This document shows positions 25,689-39,900 of a stretch of 64,000 nucleotides of DNA, piece after piece. A program made the position numbers and the translations under genes. Under the pieces are notes generated by a model. That model saw only the letters and a list, made by a program, of their open reading frames with translations. It had not been told where the DNA came from and made no database searches. The stretch covers positions 5,270,001 to 5,334,000 of the forward strand of contig NW_026963290.1 of assembly GCF_036588685.1 (NCBI RefSeq), written 5' to 3'. The number at the start of each line of letters is the position of its first letter. The stretch's first letter is position 1. Source of the stretch: Mytilus trossulus. Taxonomy: Eukaryota.

Positions 25689-26814
25689 AACCTGAGCTTT
25701 TTTTATCCCTTAATACCATTGTCTTAAATGTTTGAGACCTTCGAATTTGTATACAAAGAGTATAAGACTAGTTCTAAACAAGATGAATAGCAAATATGAT
25801 ATGACTTTACCAATATAGATTTGACTACCAATTAAAAAAAAATAAAAAAATAAATAAATAATAGTTGGTACAATGAGGTAAATATCAATGTGACACAAAA
25901 ATAAATAAACATCTAGAGGACTAGAGGTCAACATAAGGTCTCCAACAATGGACAAGTGTCTACAGAGCATGTTTACTTCTAACTGCTTTGATCCATACAG
26001 TAAAAAAGTGAATAGCTGTATTTTCAACTTGTATAGACTAGGGCGATATAGTCAATAAAAAATTCTGTAGACACATGTTTTTATTGCTGAATGTTGATTT
26101 AAAGATGTCTTTTGGTTTTTTGTGATGATGGGTTGCTGTCTCATTGACATATATTCTACTTTAAAATCTTCCATATTCCTATTATAACTATCCATACATC
26201 ATGTACATTGAAACATGATAAAAAAACAATCATACAAAATAAATCTAGTAGAAAGTGTACATGAATATCATTTTTCCAAAAGAAAGAAGATGACTTCTTT
26301 GAAATTCCTCTTGACAACTTAGAATTGCTCTATATCGAAACGAAAACAGAAGCAACTTTTACACATCAGGGACATTGGTGAGTGTTTTATGTAAAATAAA
26401 GAAATTGGAAGTCTGTGAACCAGTTCTATTAAACAGACAAAAAGGCTAGAAAATTATAATGTTTTCTTTTACAGAATCTATTGTCATTTTATTACTGGTC
26501 TTTTACTGCTGAGAGATGTATCTCAAGAATAAATAATAATTCTAAGCACTATTTCAACTATTAATAAAATGTAGCACTTCATATACCGTTTTGTTTTAAA
26601 ATAAATGTTCTAATAAATATAACAATGTGGATATGTAGTGTATAAATGGTTTATAGGATAGCGAGCTAAAAGTTTTAGGTGCACTTCAAAACAAAATACA
26701 CTCAAATAGTCTCAATGGTTTGTTGTTAATACACTAAATCTTCTTTTGGCATTGAGAATCACAACAAGAAATCTCCATAGAATCAGCCCAGTCATACTCT
26801 CTTGGTTGTGGCCA

Positions 26815-29800
26815 TCAACCCAGCAATACTTTCTTGAGCTTGGCTCTAGCTGTATCCTCATCATCTGTGTCTGTGTCACTGTTTGGTACATATGGCGAGG
26901 TTCGACACTTTGGTGAGCACAAATACTGAAGTAACGGGAGTCTGTACTTCCCACAAAAGTCAACAAATTTCACATTTTCCACTCTGGAAGCAAAGTATAC
27001 ACCTAAAGGAAAAAGATAACAATATATAATATCAAAATTTAAGACTCAAAATGATTTAAATTTGGTCATATTATGGTATGGAGACTTGTTTCTCCTCATT
27101 AAATAATGTACATGTGTATTGACCTATAAACATGATATATGTTCATTTTGGTTGCTGTGTTTCTGTCTCCTTGACATTTATCCCATATTTTTTATAAATT
27201 AATTAAACGCAACACAATAATTTCTGAAATTACCGTATATTATAAACAAATCCTACAATAAAATTTAGTAGTAAGAATGTTTTACCTTTGCATTCAGGAT
27301 TAACACATCTCCGACAGGAATCCAGATAATTGAGTAGGTTTTTCGGCAGATCCTCTTGGTTATATTTGACTTTTTCAATCTTAACAACTCTAGCAGAAAG
27401 TTCTAGCAGAGAAGGCACTTCATAGGTTAAATCCTGAACGAATTTTACAACTAATGGATTGTTTCTTAGACTTAATTCTATTAAATTAAGTGCTACAATT
27501 TCTGAAGGAAGGGTAGATAATTTGTTGTTGTGAAGACTCAAAGACTTCAAACGATGAAGGTTGACTAAGGTAGGTGGAAGACTTTGGAGTTGGTTATCAC
27601 ACAGGACTAAAGATGTCAGGTTATATAGTTGTCCTATCTCGGCTGGAATGTCTGTAAGTCTGTTTCCACCCATATAAAGAATTTCTAACCTGAAAAACAA
27701 ATAAATTTTGATACAAGACAATACAATGGTTAACGTTGTTCAAACATTTTTTTTAATTTATGCAAGGCACAATTGAAAACTTTCATGTCAGAATTATACA
27801 AAATACAAAGCATATTTAAAATACAAATTGATGTATACTGTGCTTTAATAGTTTAAGTGTACATGTATGTATATATATATATTTTGTTGCGAAGTAGCTT
27901 TTATAAAATTTCAATCCACAACACTTCTTTCCTAGTCATTTGCTAGTTGATAATAACACAGAATGAGACTTCTAATAAAACCTTTACTATGTTTACTTGC
28001 AATCCACCAAGTACCATTTTTTAATGATACATTGTATAAAACTGTCAATGACTGTCATCGACTATTGCATGTATTGTCAAGTGGTCCACTTTTCATGTTT
28101 TTAAAATTCACAATTTGTATCTGTAAGGCCAAACTCCTTGTTCTCATACATGTAAGATTTACAGTTGTATTTTCCTGTGCCTAAATCTGATGTCCTTAAA
28201 AGATTTCAAATTTACATACTTGTAAGACAGGTAAGAAGATTCTTCCTGATAAATTTTAATCCAAAATTATGCAAAAATAATTCCCTTAAAAAAGATCCCA
28301 CTTAATAACAGTATACTGTAGCTCGTGTTACTGAACATGTACAACTTAATAGTTTGTACATACATGACATGCATGCATCACATAAGCAACAAAACACATG
28401 TAAGTGTAACTAATCATGCATGACAATAGAAAAATTTGTTAGGGTGATCAACTGCATGTATTTATCAATCAATATTGATTTGGCAATCTTTATAATTTGT
28501 GTAGTCTTACAAAATTTATCTGTTCTACTCTTTCTGTTGATCATGGGATTTAAGTCATAATAATGTATATAATGCATGTAATGTGTCTGTTGTCTCTTGG
28601 TTATTTTTTTTTATTGCACTTTGAGTAAGTAGTAATCATGGTAGTTTATGATTTGTTTATTGAACATTAAATTTTTGAATTTGATTGTTTTCTTGACATG
28701 CCTAAGCCCCTGTCATGCCTGTTGTGGTCTTTGAGAAAAAAACTACTTTGTTTTAGAAAGAATGAAAAATGTTATAAACATGATGATAAAAGTTTTAAAA
28801 AACTGGTAAGTTTTCTCTTCCACCAAGTTTAATTTGTTAATACATTTCTACTGAGATCTCTTAGTCAACATTACACTTGTAAAGGTAGGTGGTAATTACA
28901 AAGAAATATATACATGTAATACAAGTTTATCTCATGATGTATCTATAAAACTCAATTGCATGTGTATCCTTACATTTACTTCTAAATCTCATTCATCTCT
29001 GATATATATACTCAATTGCATACATGTGTATCCTAGCTTACATATATACACTCATTCACACAATATATTTTTCAACATAGAATTAAATTTCTACTTATAC
29101 TTGTTATAATTAACATACTAAATATGATATAGGGTGCACGTGTATATCAATATTATTTTCTGAACCAGCGAGTTCAAAGATGCATTAAAATATTAAAGTA
29201 TCAGCTGTGCCACTTTATCAGCTTTTTATAAATATTATATATAGCAAAGTTTCAAATATACTGTAATTTTTATACGATTTAAAACTAAATCAAGGCATTG
29301 CTATTTCATTTTTGGTATTTTCTTCTCACTGTTTAATGACTGCCCCATTGTCAAGATCTTACTATACAAATCCTTGATGTATTTAAAACTCAACATGCAT
29401 ATGCATGACATGTTAAAAAACATACTTAACTAAGTACTACATGTATAATCATGATAATGTCAGACTATAAAGTATACTCGTTCATTTGTTTTTACAGTAC
29501 TTTAAACATCGGTCTCTAAATGTACTCAAGGATTTGTATAGTAAGATCTTACTATACAAATTAAATCCTTGATGTATTTAAAACTCAACATGCATACTAT
29601 ATGCATGACATGTTAAAAAACATACTAAACTAAGTACTACATGTATAATTTCAGACTATAAAGTATACTTGTTAATTTGTTTTTACAGTACTTTAAACAT
29701 CGATCTCTAAATGTACTCAAGGATTTGTATACATGTAGTAAGATCTTACTATACAAATCTTTGATGTATTTAAAACTTAACATGCATATATATCATGTAT

Positions 29801-30543
29801 ATGCATGACTATTAAAAAAAATACTAAACTAAGTACTACATGTATAATGTCAGACTATAAAGTATACTCATTAATTTGTTTTTACAGTACTTTAAACATC
29901 GATCTCTAAAATACTCAAGGATTTGTATAGTAAGATTTTACTATACAAATCCTTGATGTATTTAAAACTCAACATGCATATGCATGACATTTTTAAAAAA
30001 ACATACTAAACTTAGTACTACATGTATAATGTCAGACTATAAAGTATACTCGTTAATTTGATTTTACCTAGACATATCCCTAATCAACGATGTAATGGAT
30101 GAGATGGCATTGCCACCTAAGTATAATGCTTTCAATCGAGGTAGTTCAGTAAACTGTGGAGGTAACTCTGTAAATGAATTGGCAGAAAAGTTCAGCACCT
30201 CTAGAGATCGTAATTTACTAAAATCCTTTGGTATAGTTTTACATTCTAAGTCGTTGTTCTTGGCTATCAAAGTTCTTAATTGTTTTAAATTAACCACAGC
30301 ATCATCTAGTTTGTGACAGTTGTTGTTGCTAATATCCAAAGTGATCAGGTTAGCAAACACATTTATAGACTTAGGCAACACTTCTATATTGTTATGGTGT
30401 AGGCACAATGCTCTGATTGACTTCGAACGATCAAATAAATATTCTGGTATGGCTGTCAGGTCACCATATGACAAATCCTCAGCTCCATCACTTAAATATT
30501 CATTCTCAGAACAAGAAGTTGTTTCAGACAAATATTCAGCCAT
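26815..30543 (-). CDS. LRRC58: Leucine-rich repeat-containing protein 58, 355 aa, 3 exons
   Basis: Exons 30543-30068, 27689-27286, 27002-26815; GT-AG and in frame (1068 nt). LxxLxLxxN repeats, BC-box-like VPSLLELSAR, C-terminal CVNPECKGVYF...FVDFCGKYRLPLLQYLCSP and terminal KVLLG, all typical of LRRC58. Confidence 0.93.
29353..30060. repeat. Tandem repeat, ~190-bp unit, ~3.7 copies, next to the LRRC58 exon 1 donor
   Basis: Units begin AAGAT(C/T)TTACTATACAAAT near 29353, 29543, 29739 and 29932; copies are highly similar. Confidence 0.9.
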
Positions 30544-30932
30544 TTAATCGATCTCTATCAACAGATAATGATCTTTACTCATGAAATATATTCCATATTC
30601 TGTATCTCTCTTTACTGTAAGTGGCAACGCACATGACACGAAAGTGACGAGTGATTTTTGTTCTAAATTGTGTCACCTGGTACAGGCTATTATTCAATGG
30701 TTCAACATTTGGAAATAACAGAGGTGAAGGTCATTTTTAGCTTTGTCCATTTCAAGACCGATTCCCTCTTTGAGTTTATAGATTATTGTTTTTAAAATAA
30801 AGACTTATTTGAAATATAGTTTATTATTCCAATTTTTGTACGACAAACACATTTAAGGAAAAATAAAGAATATTTTTTACGATCACGTAAGGGATATTTA
30901 TTTTTTCAAGAACATCAGGGGGAAAAGGCGTG
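30544..30932. promoter_or_regulatory. Putative bidirectional promoter shared by LRRC58 and PEX19
   Basis: Only 389 bp separate the divergent start codons (30543 on -, 30933 on +). Upstream non-coding exons cannot be excluded. Confidence 0.7.
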
Positions 30933-33900
30933 ATGGGGGATGAGAGTAAACATTCGACAGAAGCTATTGTAGAGACCAGTATAACCAATACAAAGAAAGA
31001 AATCAAACAGAATGTACAAAGCAATAAGCAGGATGAGGAATTAGATTCATTGTTAGACAGTATGAGTCATCAATTAACAGAATACCAATACACAAGATAT
31101 TTTATTGGGATAGAAATAAATTATATCTGTATAAATCAAGATTTTTTTGGGGGCAAGAGAGTAGAAATTGTGTACCCCACATGATTATTACCAATAAAGT
31201 TTTATTTAATGTAGAGTTAACAATACATGGTAATCTCCATTTATAGCTAACATCACTCCAAAACAATAATCAGGTATAATGCTCATTTGATTTTAAATTC
31301 ATGTGTACGATGGTGGTAAAGGGGGTCCCTTCATTACATTTAATGGTAAAACTTCTTTTCAAATGACAGTAATTATTGGTGCATGACATTAAAATGTACA
31401 CTTTCCTTTAGAATATCTAGACAGTAATAAAGAATTGCGCTAAATTTTGAATTAGAATTTAACCAATTCTGTTATCCGGCGTGACGTAGCAGCCGGTAGT
31501 TACAGCATCCGGGCATCACTGTAGGTGACGCTTTTCCCTAGATACTTCAATCACCGCTAATGGTCAGTGGTAATACCCGAGGGTAAGTTAATTGAGATAA
31601 CACTTTACATTTATTAATTAAGGTGTAAACAATAATTAGATGGCATACAATTATTTTGATAAGCTAGACAGTGTGGCACAAGGTCGTTATAGTACCAAAT
31701 TAGTGTTAATTAACAGTGATGAATGTCCATACAAGTTCCCTGCAGGTGTTTGGAAAAATAACCCATCTTGTTGGCCAGATCTCCAGTTTGGAGATGTGTA
31801 TTCATATTTAGGCTTAAATTAAAATATTGTTTGTTTGCAGTTTACCGACCGACCCTTGAAAATCCTCCCGACTGTGAAAATTTTATTGCTTTAAATTTGA
31901 AGAATTTTTTTTTAATACCTCTATTGACGCGATCCGGAACTTTGGGTCCTTTCCGGAATGATTTAAAGTCTGGGTCAATTACGCATTTCAAGTTCGGTTT
32001 TACTTAGCTTCCCGTCAAGCGTTCATGTGACCATTTAAGGTAGAGAAGGACACTGACGACCAAAAAAATCTAGCCAATGAAATTTCTTAAATTTCCCATA
32101 TATTGTTCATTGGGGTGTACCTAACAAAATATCAAAATTTGAGAATAGGTTTCCAGGCTATTTTTAGAAATATTTTTTGAAAAAGTTACCTCCCTTTGCA
32201 GTCCTAAAAATGTCATTATTTAGCCTGTTTAAGCTATAAAGGTTCCTTCCAAAACCGGCATATATAATTTTTTTTTAACTTTTTCTCTGAACATTATGAT
32301 AAATGAATATTTTAAAATATTTTAGACAAAATTTATTTTAAATTTTTTTTTTTTTTTCAAAATGGCTACCCTTTTTTGCAATATGCCTGTAACCGTCTTG
32401 TGTACAATTTTGCCAAAAAAATATTGTAAAAGTAAAAAAAAAAAAAATTGTGTCAATGAATTTTTTTTTTAAACTGGAATATAAAATACTTTGTATCCAT
32501 GCTACAAGTCATAAAAAAATAAAGATATGCTTCCAGGGAAAATAAAAAGTTACGGGGGTAGAATGACACCCTGTCACACACCCTTTTATGCAGATTTCAT
32601 GAAAAATGTCAAAATTTTCATTATTTTTTTTTAAATATCTTAACTAAAGGTGGGATTGTTTCTTCAATGATCATTGGTTTTGCAGCTTCCATGTCTTTGC
32701 AATACTTTTTTATCCTTTCAATTAACCTTCTTTATGCTGAGAGGAGGTTGCATCAGTTTTGAATATTCAGGAAGTTGACAGTTGACCTATGAGCATAAAC
32801 ATCATTTTCATGGTTAATAATCCTTGATGAAAAAAAAAAATCTTTCATACAATAAGTATTCATAACTATTTATCATACCTTGTTTTTTTCACCTCATGTG
32901 AAAAGGATTGTCCTACTAATTAATATATATAATTACAGTGTATTATGTGTTTTTCGTGATGTTTTAATTTTAAATTGTATGATTTTTGATATTCTCATGC
33001 TCTTGTTTATTGGTTTTGTTGAGTGGTCACTGCTTGGAAATACCTAGATCTTTTAATTGACTGTTGATGTTTATTTTACAAATACACCTAAACATATAGA
33101 CTATTTGGTAAGGGCTTTGCTCATTGTTGAAGGCCATACGGTGACTTATAGTTGTAAATTTCTGTGTCATTATGGTCTCTTGTGGAGATATGTCTCATTG
33201 GTAATCATACATCTTTCTTTTTTTATATGAATAGTGTAATGTTTGATCTGAATGATTGCTGTGAAAGTCTTGGAAGTGCAAAAATCAACATACACATAAA
33301 TCACTGTTCATGATTTTAATGATGTAGCAAAAAAGAAAATATATATGTAAAATAAATTTTATTTCACATCATATTTTTTTTGTAATTACCATCCACATTT
33401 ATAAATGTAAACAAAACTCAAGAGCAGACATTTTACAGACAACAATTGATTTTGATCTAGACGGACCATGTCTCAATAATATAAAACAAACAACTGTATT
33501 ATTTATCAAAATATTAATATAACATCAATTTCCAATACATATCCAGAATGAGAATGTGGATGACTCTTGTAAAAGGACTCACTAGAACATTTGTCCAATT
33601 TCATGAAAACTGCATTCTCTGAAAATATATTTGTGAGTGACTTGGTCCAGTTTATTAACCAATAAATTCCTGTAAAAAAGTGTTTAATCCTTAATATTAT
33701 TCTTTAATTTTGGCAAAAAAACAAAAAAAAATCCACACTCGTTATCACCATAATAGGGTAATACATGTAGTATATTTGTGTCATTGAATTGGCCAGGCAC
33801 ATAAATTAATTTGTTGGTTCATGCAAAAATATGTACTCCATGTCACTAAAAGTCTTATTATGATCATCAAAGGAATTTTTTGTGTTTGTATTCAAATAAA

Positions 33901-36900
33901 TAGTTTTAACATTGAGTCAGATTATGTTACATGTACTCTAGCCTCATTGATTACAAATAGAAGTTTGGTTAACGTCCTCTATCGAGAAATAAACAACTTC
34001 ATGAACAACTACTGGAGGTCCTTTCAACCAATTTTATAAAAGTATTCTCTATTATCATGATTATGCAAATCATATAAGAAGTATGATAATATAATATCAA
34101 CATATATATATCCATGTCATTCAGAATGTGGATTAAACTTGCAAAAGTGTTTAGTCTCAAAAATAAATATGGGGCAGATTCAGTTTCCAAGGGACTCACG
34201 TGCACTGAAACGTTTGTCCAATTTCATGAAAACTGCAATCTTTAAAAAAACATATTCCATTAAAACTTCATATAAAACAATTGTTTTGCCCATAGATCAG
34301 ATTGCTACAACAAATCTTTAAAAAAAAATGTGGAAAAAATGGTGGGGTGGGGATGGGGCAAGATGGTAAAGCATTGGAACTGACAATATTGTTACTTTTA
34401 TAAGACCTTATGAGTCCCCCTCATTTCTGATTTATGGCCTAGCCTAATGCTTATTATGTTGGTTTTTAGCCTAATGCTTATTATGTTGGTTTATGTATAT
34501 AAATTAAAGTTATCTCCCCTTTATTAAGAATCAGTTGATAACTTTGATAACTATGGACTTATATTGTTACAATAGCACCTACTTTTGTATAAAAGTTCAT
34601 AATGATCTGATGAAAAATTGGTCAATCAAAATAAAAATCTATATGAGAAATAATCCGTCAGGCTTCAGGAAGTTATCCACCATTATTGACTAAATGGAAA
34701 ATATTTATTCTGACAGGAAAATACTTTACTTGTTGTGAATTATTTTTTTTCACTCTGTCGAGGCAAACTTGATTTATTGTACAGAAAAGGAAACTGTGAC
34801 AGACATACAGACAGAGTAATTATTAAACGATGCTGCAATTTTATAACAAATCCCTAATTCTTATATATATTTTAAGTGTGATTACTCTTTGGTTACTCAA
34901 AATTTAGTAAAAACTTCACTTTAATCATAATCAACTATTATCAAGGGTTGTTTCAAAAGATTAGATTTTTAGATAGGCATAACCAGTTTTTCTATAGAAT
35001 TATAGCATATAAATATGAAATTTATGAGTCTTTAACCACATTTACAGTCTATTCCTCTTTTTCAGAAAAAAACTTCTTGAATACATTTGCTGTTTTCCCT
35101 TTCAAACCATGTTCCTGCATGATGGATTTTACGCCATCGTCATTGTTTCTTTTGTAAGCAAGTTCCAGGTGATGAAGGTTGAGACCTGTGCAGGACAGTT
35201 TCCTTGCAGTGTCTTTAGAAATAATCTTTTTAACAATGACACTAGAAAAACCCTCTACAATTGACAAATAATTAAATGGAAATAAATCCTTTCCAGAACA
35301 TGTCTGTTTCAGCTTCAGATGGAACAGTTTGTATAAACTTCTAACATCCTCCTCAGAATTATGAGCATCATAAACAATCTCCAGAAACTTTTGAACTAAT
35401 GTTTGCTGCTTATAATTTAGAACATCAGCTTTTGGTATTTCACGTTTTGCAATTTTCAAAGTGTCAATGCATCCATAAATTAGGTCATCAAAAGAACTCA
35501 GCAGATTAAACTCGTGCAACAAATTTCTTAGTACAGGAACATCATATGAATGGATGTTATGACCAACAAGCACAGGACGAGATTTTTTCTGTATCATTTC
35601 AATTAGTTGAAGTAAGGCTGTTCTAATACAAACACTTTCAACTGGAACACCATGGCAATACATTTGGTTTCTTTCAAAAGAGAAAGTAATACCGGTAACA
35701 TCACTGGCCTTTGATGAAATAGATTGTCGTGGAGACACATACAGATTTAGCATGTTTGTCCCATCATATGCTGATATTTGTGTAATATCAGAGGTTCTTG
35801 ATAACCCAGTTGTTTCTAAATCAAAAACAATATAATTGTCTATGCCTTCCAAAGAATATTTTGTTGGAATTTTTTCAATGTCTCTTACCGACACATTTTC
35901 TTCAATTTGTGGTTGATATGTTTCTCCTTCTATAACAGCTGCCTTAATTTGTTGAAAGGTTTTCTTATTCTAGAAAAAGACAAAAAGAACATATTTTTTT
36001 TTTGTTTATACCTGGTTGTATTGTTACATGTACTTTGTAAAATAAATGGGTTATAACTCTTAATAACCATATCATTCTTTTCAACTGTCATCATCTTGTT
36101 TTCTATTTTTTGGCAAAATTGCAATTTCTATTGTCTTTGTCAATTTATATTATAGTTTACCCTTTTTACAATTTAACAAAATTCACGTAAGTTTCACCAT
36201 GTCCCTGTGCTTATATATTTTAAAGTTATGGTGTTATCATTATTGAGATAACTTCTCTTATAGAATAGAATGGAATATATTTATTTTCCAAATTAGGGCC
36301 CAGGAGGGCATATGATACAGACAATATTATTATAAACAATAACATATGCAATACACACACAATAAAAGATATATAACAAGTGTTATAAAAATAATAAAAT
36401 AAAATAATATACCACAGAAAATACACTCAACAAAATAGTAGCAATGTATTATTATTCAATGAATACTATGTTGAAATTGACTCAAGTGCATATTTATATA
36501 TGCCACATCATGCTTTCAATTGTACAACAGTTGATATACTCAATTTTAAAGACACACACCACCTATTCTTAGCCCTCTTTCCTATCCACATTGAAATTAT
36601 CACTTCAAAACATTTTGTGGAAGCGAGATCGATATACCTGTATTTATACAGCAGAGGGTACTGCACTGATAAATAAAAATTTTGATGACCTAATAAGGCA
36701 CTTCATATCTGAGAAACAGGCTAAATATGTCTCCAATTTTAGAATTCAATCATATATGTATGTATTATTAACAAGTGAAACTGAGAGCTACTGCTCACTG
36801 ATGATTCCCCTGCTGCAAGTGGATAATATTAGTAGTGTAAATATATGCAAGTGTTCGGGAAACAGGAAGTTGTTGCTGAAAACGCATCACACGGTATAGT

Positions 36901-39900
36901 TGACTTATATAAATCCTGAAACCAAATTTCAGAAATCCTTGTTTTGTAGATCCTGAGAAAAATGTGATGAAAATTTTCAACTTGGCTATCATGTGTAAAA
37001 TCATACAAGTGTTCGGTCAACAGGAAGTTGACAAGTGATCAATCTGAAAACGCATCACAAGGTAAAGCTGACTTAGATAAACCCTGAAACCAAATTTCAG
37101 AAATCCTTGTATTGTAGTTCCTGAGAAAAATGCGACGAAAAATAATCATGGGAACGGACGGACTGACTGACTGACAGATTGACGGAAGGACAGACCGAGG
37201 GTAAACAGTATACCCCCCCCCCCCCTTTTTTAAAGCGGGGGTATACAAATTATAAATAATTTGCAGTGAGGTGAGAATTTTGTCCGTGTTGAGGCTTTAG
37301 TGTAACTTTGGGATGAAGAATCGCAATAAAAGAGCTGTTCCTTCGCTTTGTGTGTCTTTTGTTGTAAATGTACTTGATATCCCATATCCTTTGTTTTTTA
37401 TTTATATGGCTGTCATTAATTTGACTAATTATATGCCATGAAGTTTTACCTTTCTTTTAAATCTGTCACGTTTGAAAAGAACTGAGGAGCTATTCTTCTT
37501 TTGCCAGAGTCTCTTTCTGTCAATCCTCTGTCCAACTCTTACAGAGATTGTGCCTGGTGACAACAATGCTTTCTTGTTAACCTAAAACAAGGTAAACTAG
37601 TGAGAAATGTTTTAGATGACAAAAAACATAACCATCCCCTTAAATTCTATATTTAACCTTTAGATCGGGTCGCATGAAGGTCAACCACACACTGCTTTAT
37701 ATTCAAACAATTAAAAACCAAATTAACATCATTTACCAGGGTATGTGTGGACAAACATTGCTAAGAAAAAGTTGATTAAAAAAATACAATAACTTCCAAT
37801 TTGAAATTGATCACCTTTGTAAGGTCATTCACCTTTGCATCAAATTTGGCAAAAATCACTGTATCAGTTTTTAAATTATTGTTGAGAAACCTAAATTGAC
37901 AGGTCACAACCATTATACTATGTTTATGTTACATGGGGTAAGATGAAAGAGGAAATACACATTATTTATAATATATAAGCTGTAACACAATACCTTGTTA
38001 ACCCAGGTATAACCTTCATTCTTCTGAAGAACTGCAGCTGAAACTCTTGCTTTTAATGAGCTGGTTCCACCATATGATCTACAAAAAGAAATTTCACAAA
38101 TTTCAGTCATTTTAAAGTTAATATTGTAAAGCAGCTGTCAGAAATTTAAACTAGCTAAAACAAGTGAAACTGCGAGCTACTACTCACTGATGATACCACC
38201 ACTGCAAGTGGATAATTTTAATAGTGTAAAAATATGCAAGTGTTCGGTAAACAGGAAGTTGTTAAGTGATGAATCTGGAAACGCCTCACACAGTATAGCA
38301 GACTTGTATAAAACCTATAACTAAATTTCAGAAATCCTTGTATTGTAGCTCCTAAGTAAAATGTAACGAAAAATATTCATGGGTCTGACAGACAGACGGA
38401 CAGACAAACTGATGGACAGACAGAGTTCAAACAGTATACCCCCTTTTTTCAAAGCGGAGCGGGGGTATAATAATTATTATAAAACTTTTCAGAGGGAATA
38501 ACTCTTCAAATATTTTTGAAATGTATACTTTTGTTTCATAAGATCTCATATCAGTTTTTGAATTTTTAAATTATATCTTTTGAGGTTTTGGAGTTTGCCA
38601 CCTGCCATTCCCTGCCCCCTAATATCACAATTTATTACATTGGTTGCAATGAATTACATTGATTTCCCAGTTGAATAAAAACCGATAATTTCACATGTGA
38701 AATAATCGTGGTTATTTCACTCTCTGACGTCATACAACAATAGGCGTTGTCAAGACGTCGATAACGTCGGAGCAAAACAAATTGTGAATGCGTAGGAAAA
38801 TAATATAGTTCCTTACATTTTCTACATTAATTTCATAAAAAAAAAAGCCATTAGCCAATGTAATAAAAAGTATAACTAATCGCCGTATTTGAATAATCAA
38901 AAATAAGACAACTTGTGACCGAACGCCGCTATGGATTAAACTCGTGCTGCGCACTCGTTTAATCCATGCGTCGTTCGGTCACGCGTTGTCTTATTTTAGA
39001 TATTCAAATACGGCGATTAGTTATACTATAATTAATTTAATAAAATGAAACTTAAGTTTATATTTAACTGTTTGCACTGTTGGTTATTTTTTGTTTATAC
39101 AATGCTATCAAAATGAAGGATTGTTTTACATTTGATCATAGTTTAAAAATAGAATTCTGCTAATTTAGATAAAAAATTCTTAAATAGTCAATTTTCATTT
39201 GAAGGACAAACAGCAATCATCTCCCTTCAAAAATGAAAGACCTCTATTCTTTATTGCTATGTTTGTTTGGCTGGATGTTACTGAAAGGTTATAATCAATT
39301 TTTTTTAGTTACTGACCTATTTTTTGGAGCCTTGCTTGCCACTATATTGTTGAAATTTTCATTGCTCTGTGTTGAGCCTAAATCTACAAGTTGGCTTGAT
39401 CTTTTCTTGTAATTTTCTGTCATTGTCTCTAATTGCTTACGCAGGTTTTCATTTGACAATGGTTCACCTTTTGGGAGATGTTTAAATCTGAAATGATAAA
39501 AAAGAAAATAGTTGAAATGTCATACATTTATATGTATGTTGATTTATGGCAATGTTTCAAATAGATCTAAACTGTACAATTTTATTTACCACTTAGTTAC
39601 ATAGTTGAATATTCCTTAAGCTGCTGAACTGTGTGTTATTCATTATGAATTGTAATGCATTTTTTTATAACAAGGATTTTGATTGGACAACCTCACCTTT
39701 TCCTCAGGGGGTTAAACTGATGAAGAACCTGTTGGATGAAGTTTTTTGCACTGTGCAGCAGATAACATTTCAAAATTATAAAATATATAAATTTCTTTAA
39801 AAATAAAGAGTAAATGTGCATAACAAAAACTGTGTTGTATTTGAATATTTGGTCTTCAATTTTTACATGTATGTTACCGGAAAACTAATTTTGTGATAAT

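Noticed and set aside
32039-35048. A second (KolX-like) gene in the element's 3-kb left arm
   Set aside because: Only short low-complexity ORFs and small local duplications (33573 vs 34190; 34440-34492) are present, with no recognisable motifs.
35049-35894. Stand-alone 281-aa exonuclease gene, as in the ORF track
   Set aside because: It starts at a GTG. The frame is open upstream to a polypyrimidine-AG acceptor at 35970 and includes the transposase-type EGETY motif, so it is better read as the last exon of the transposase.
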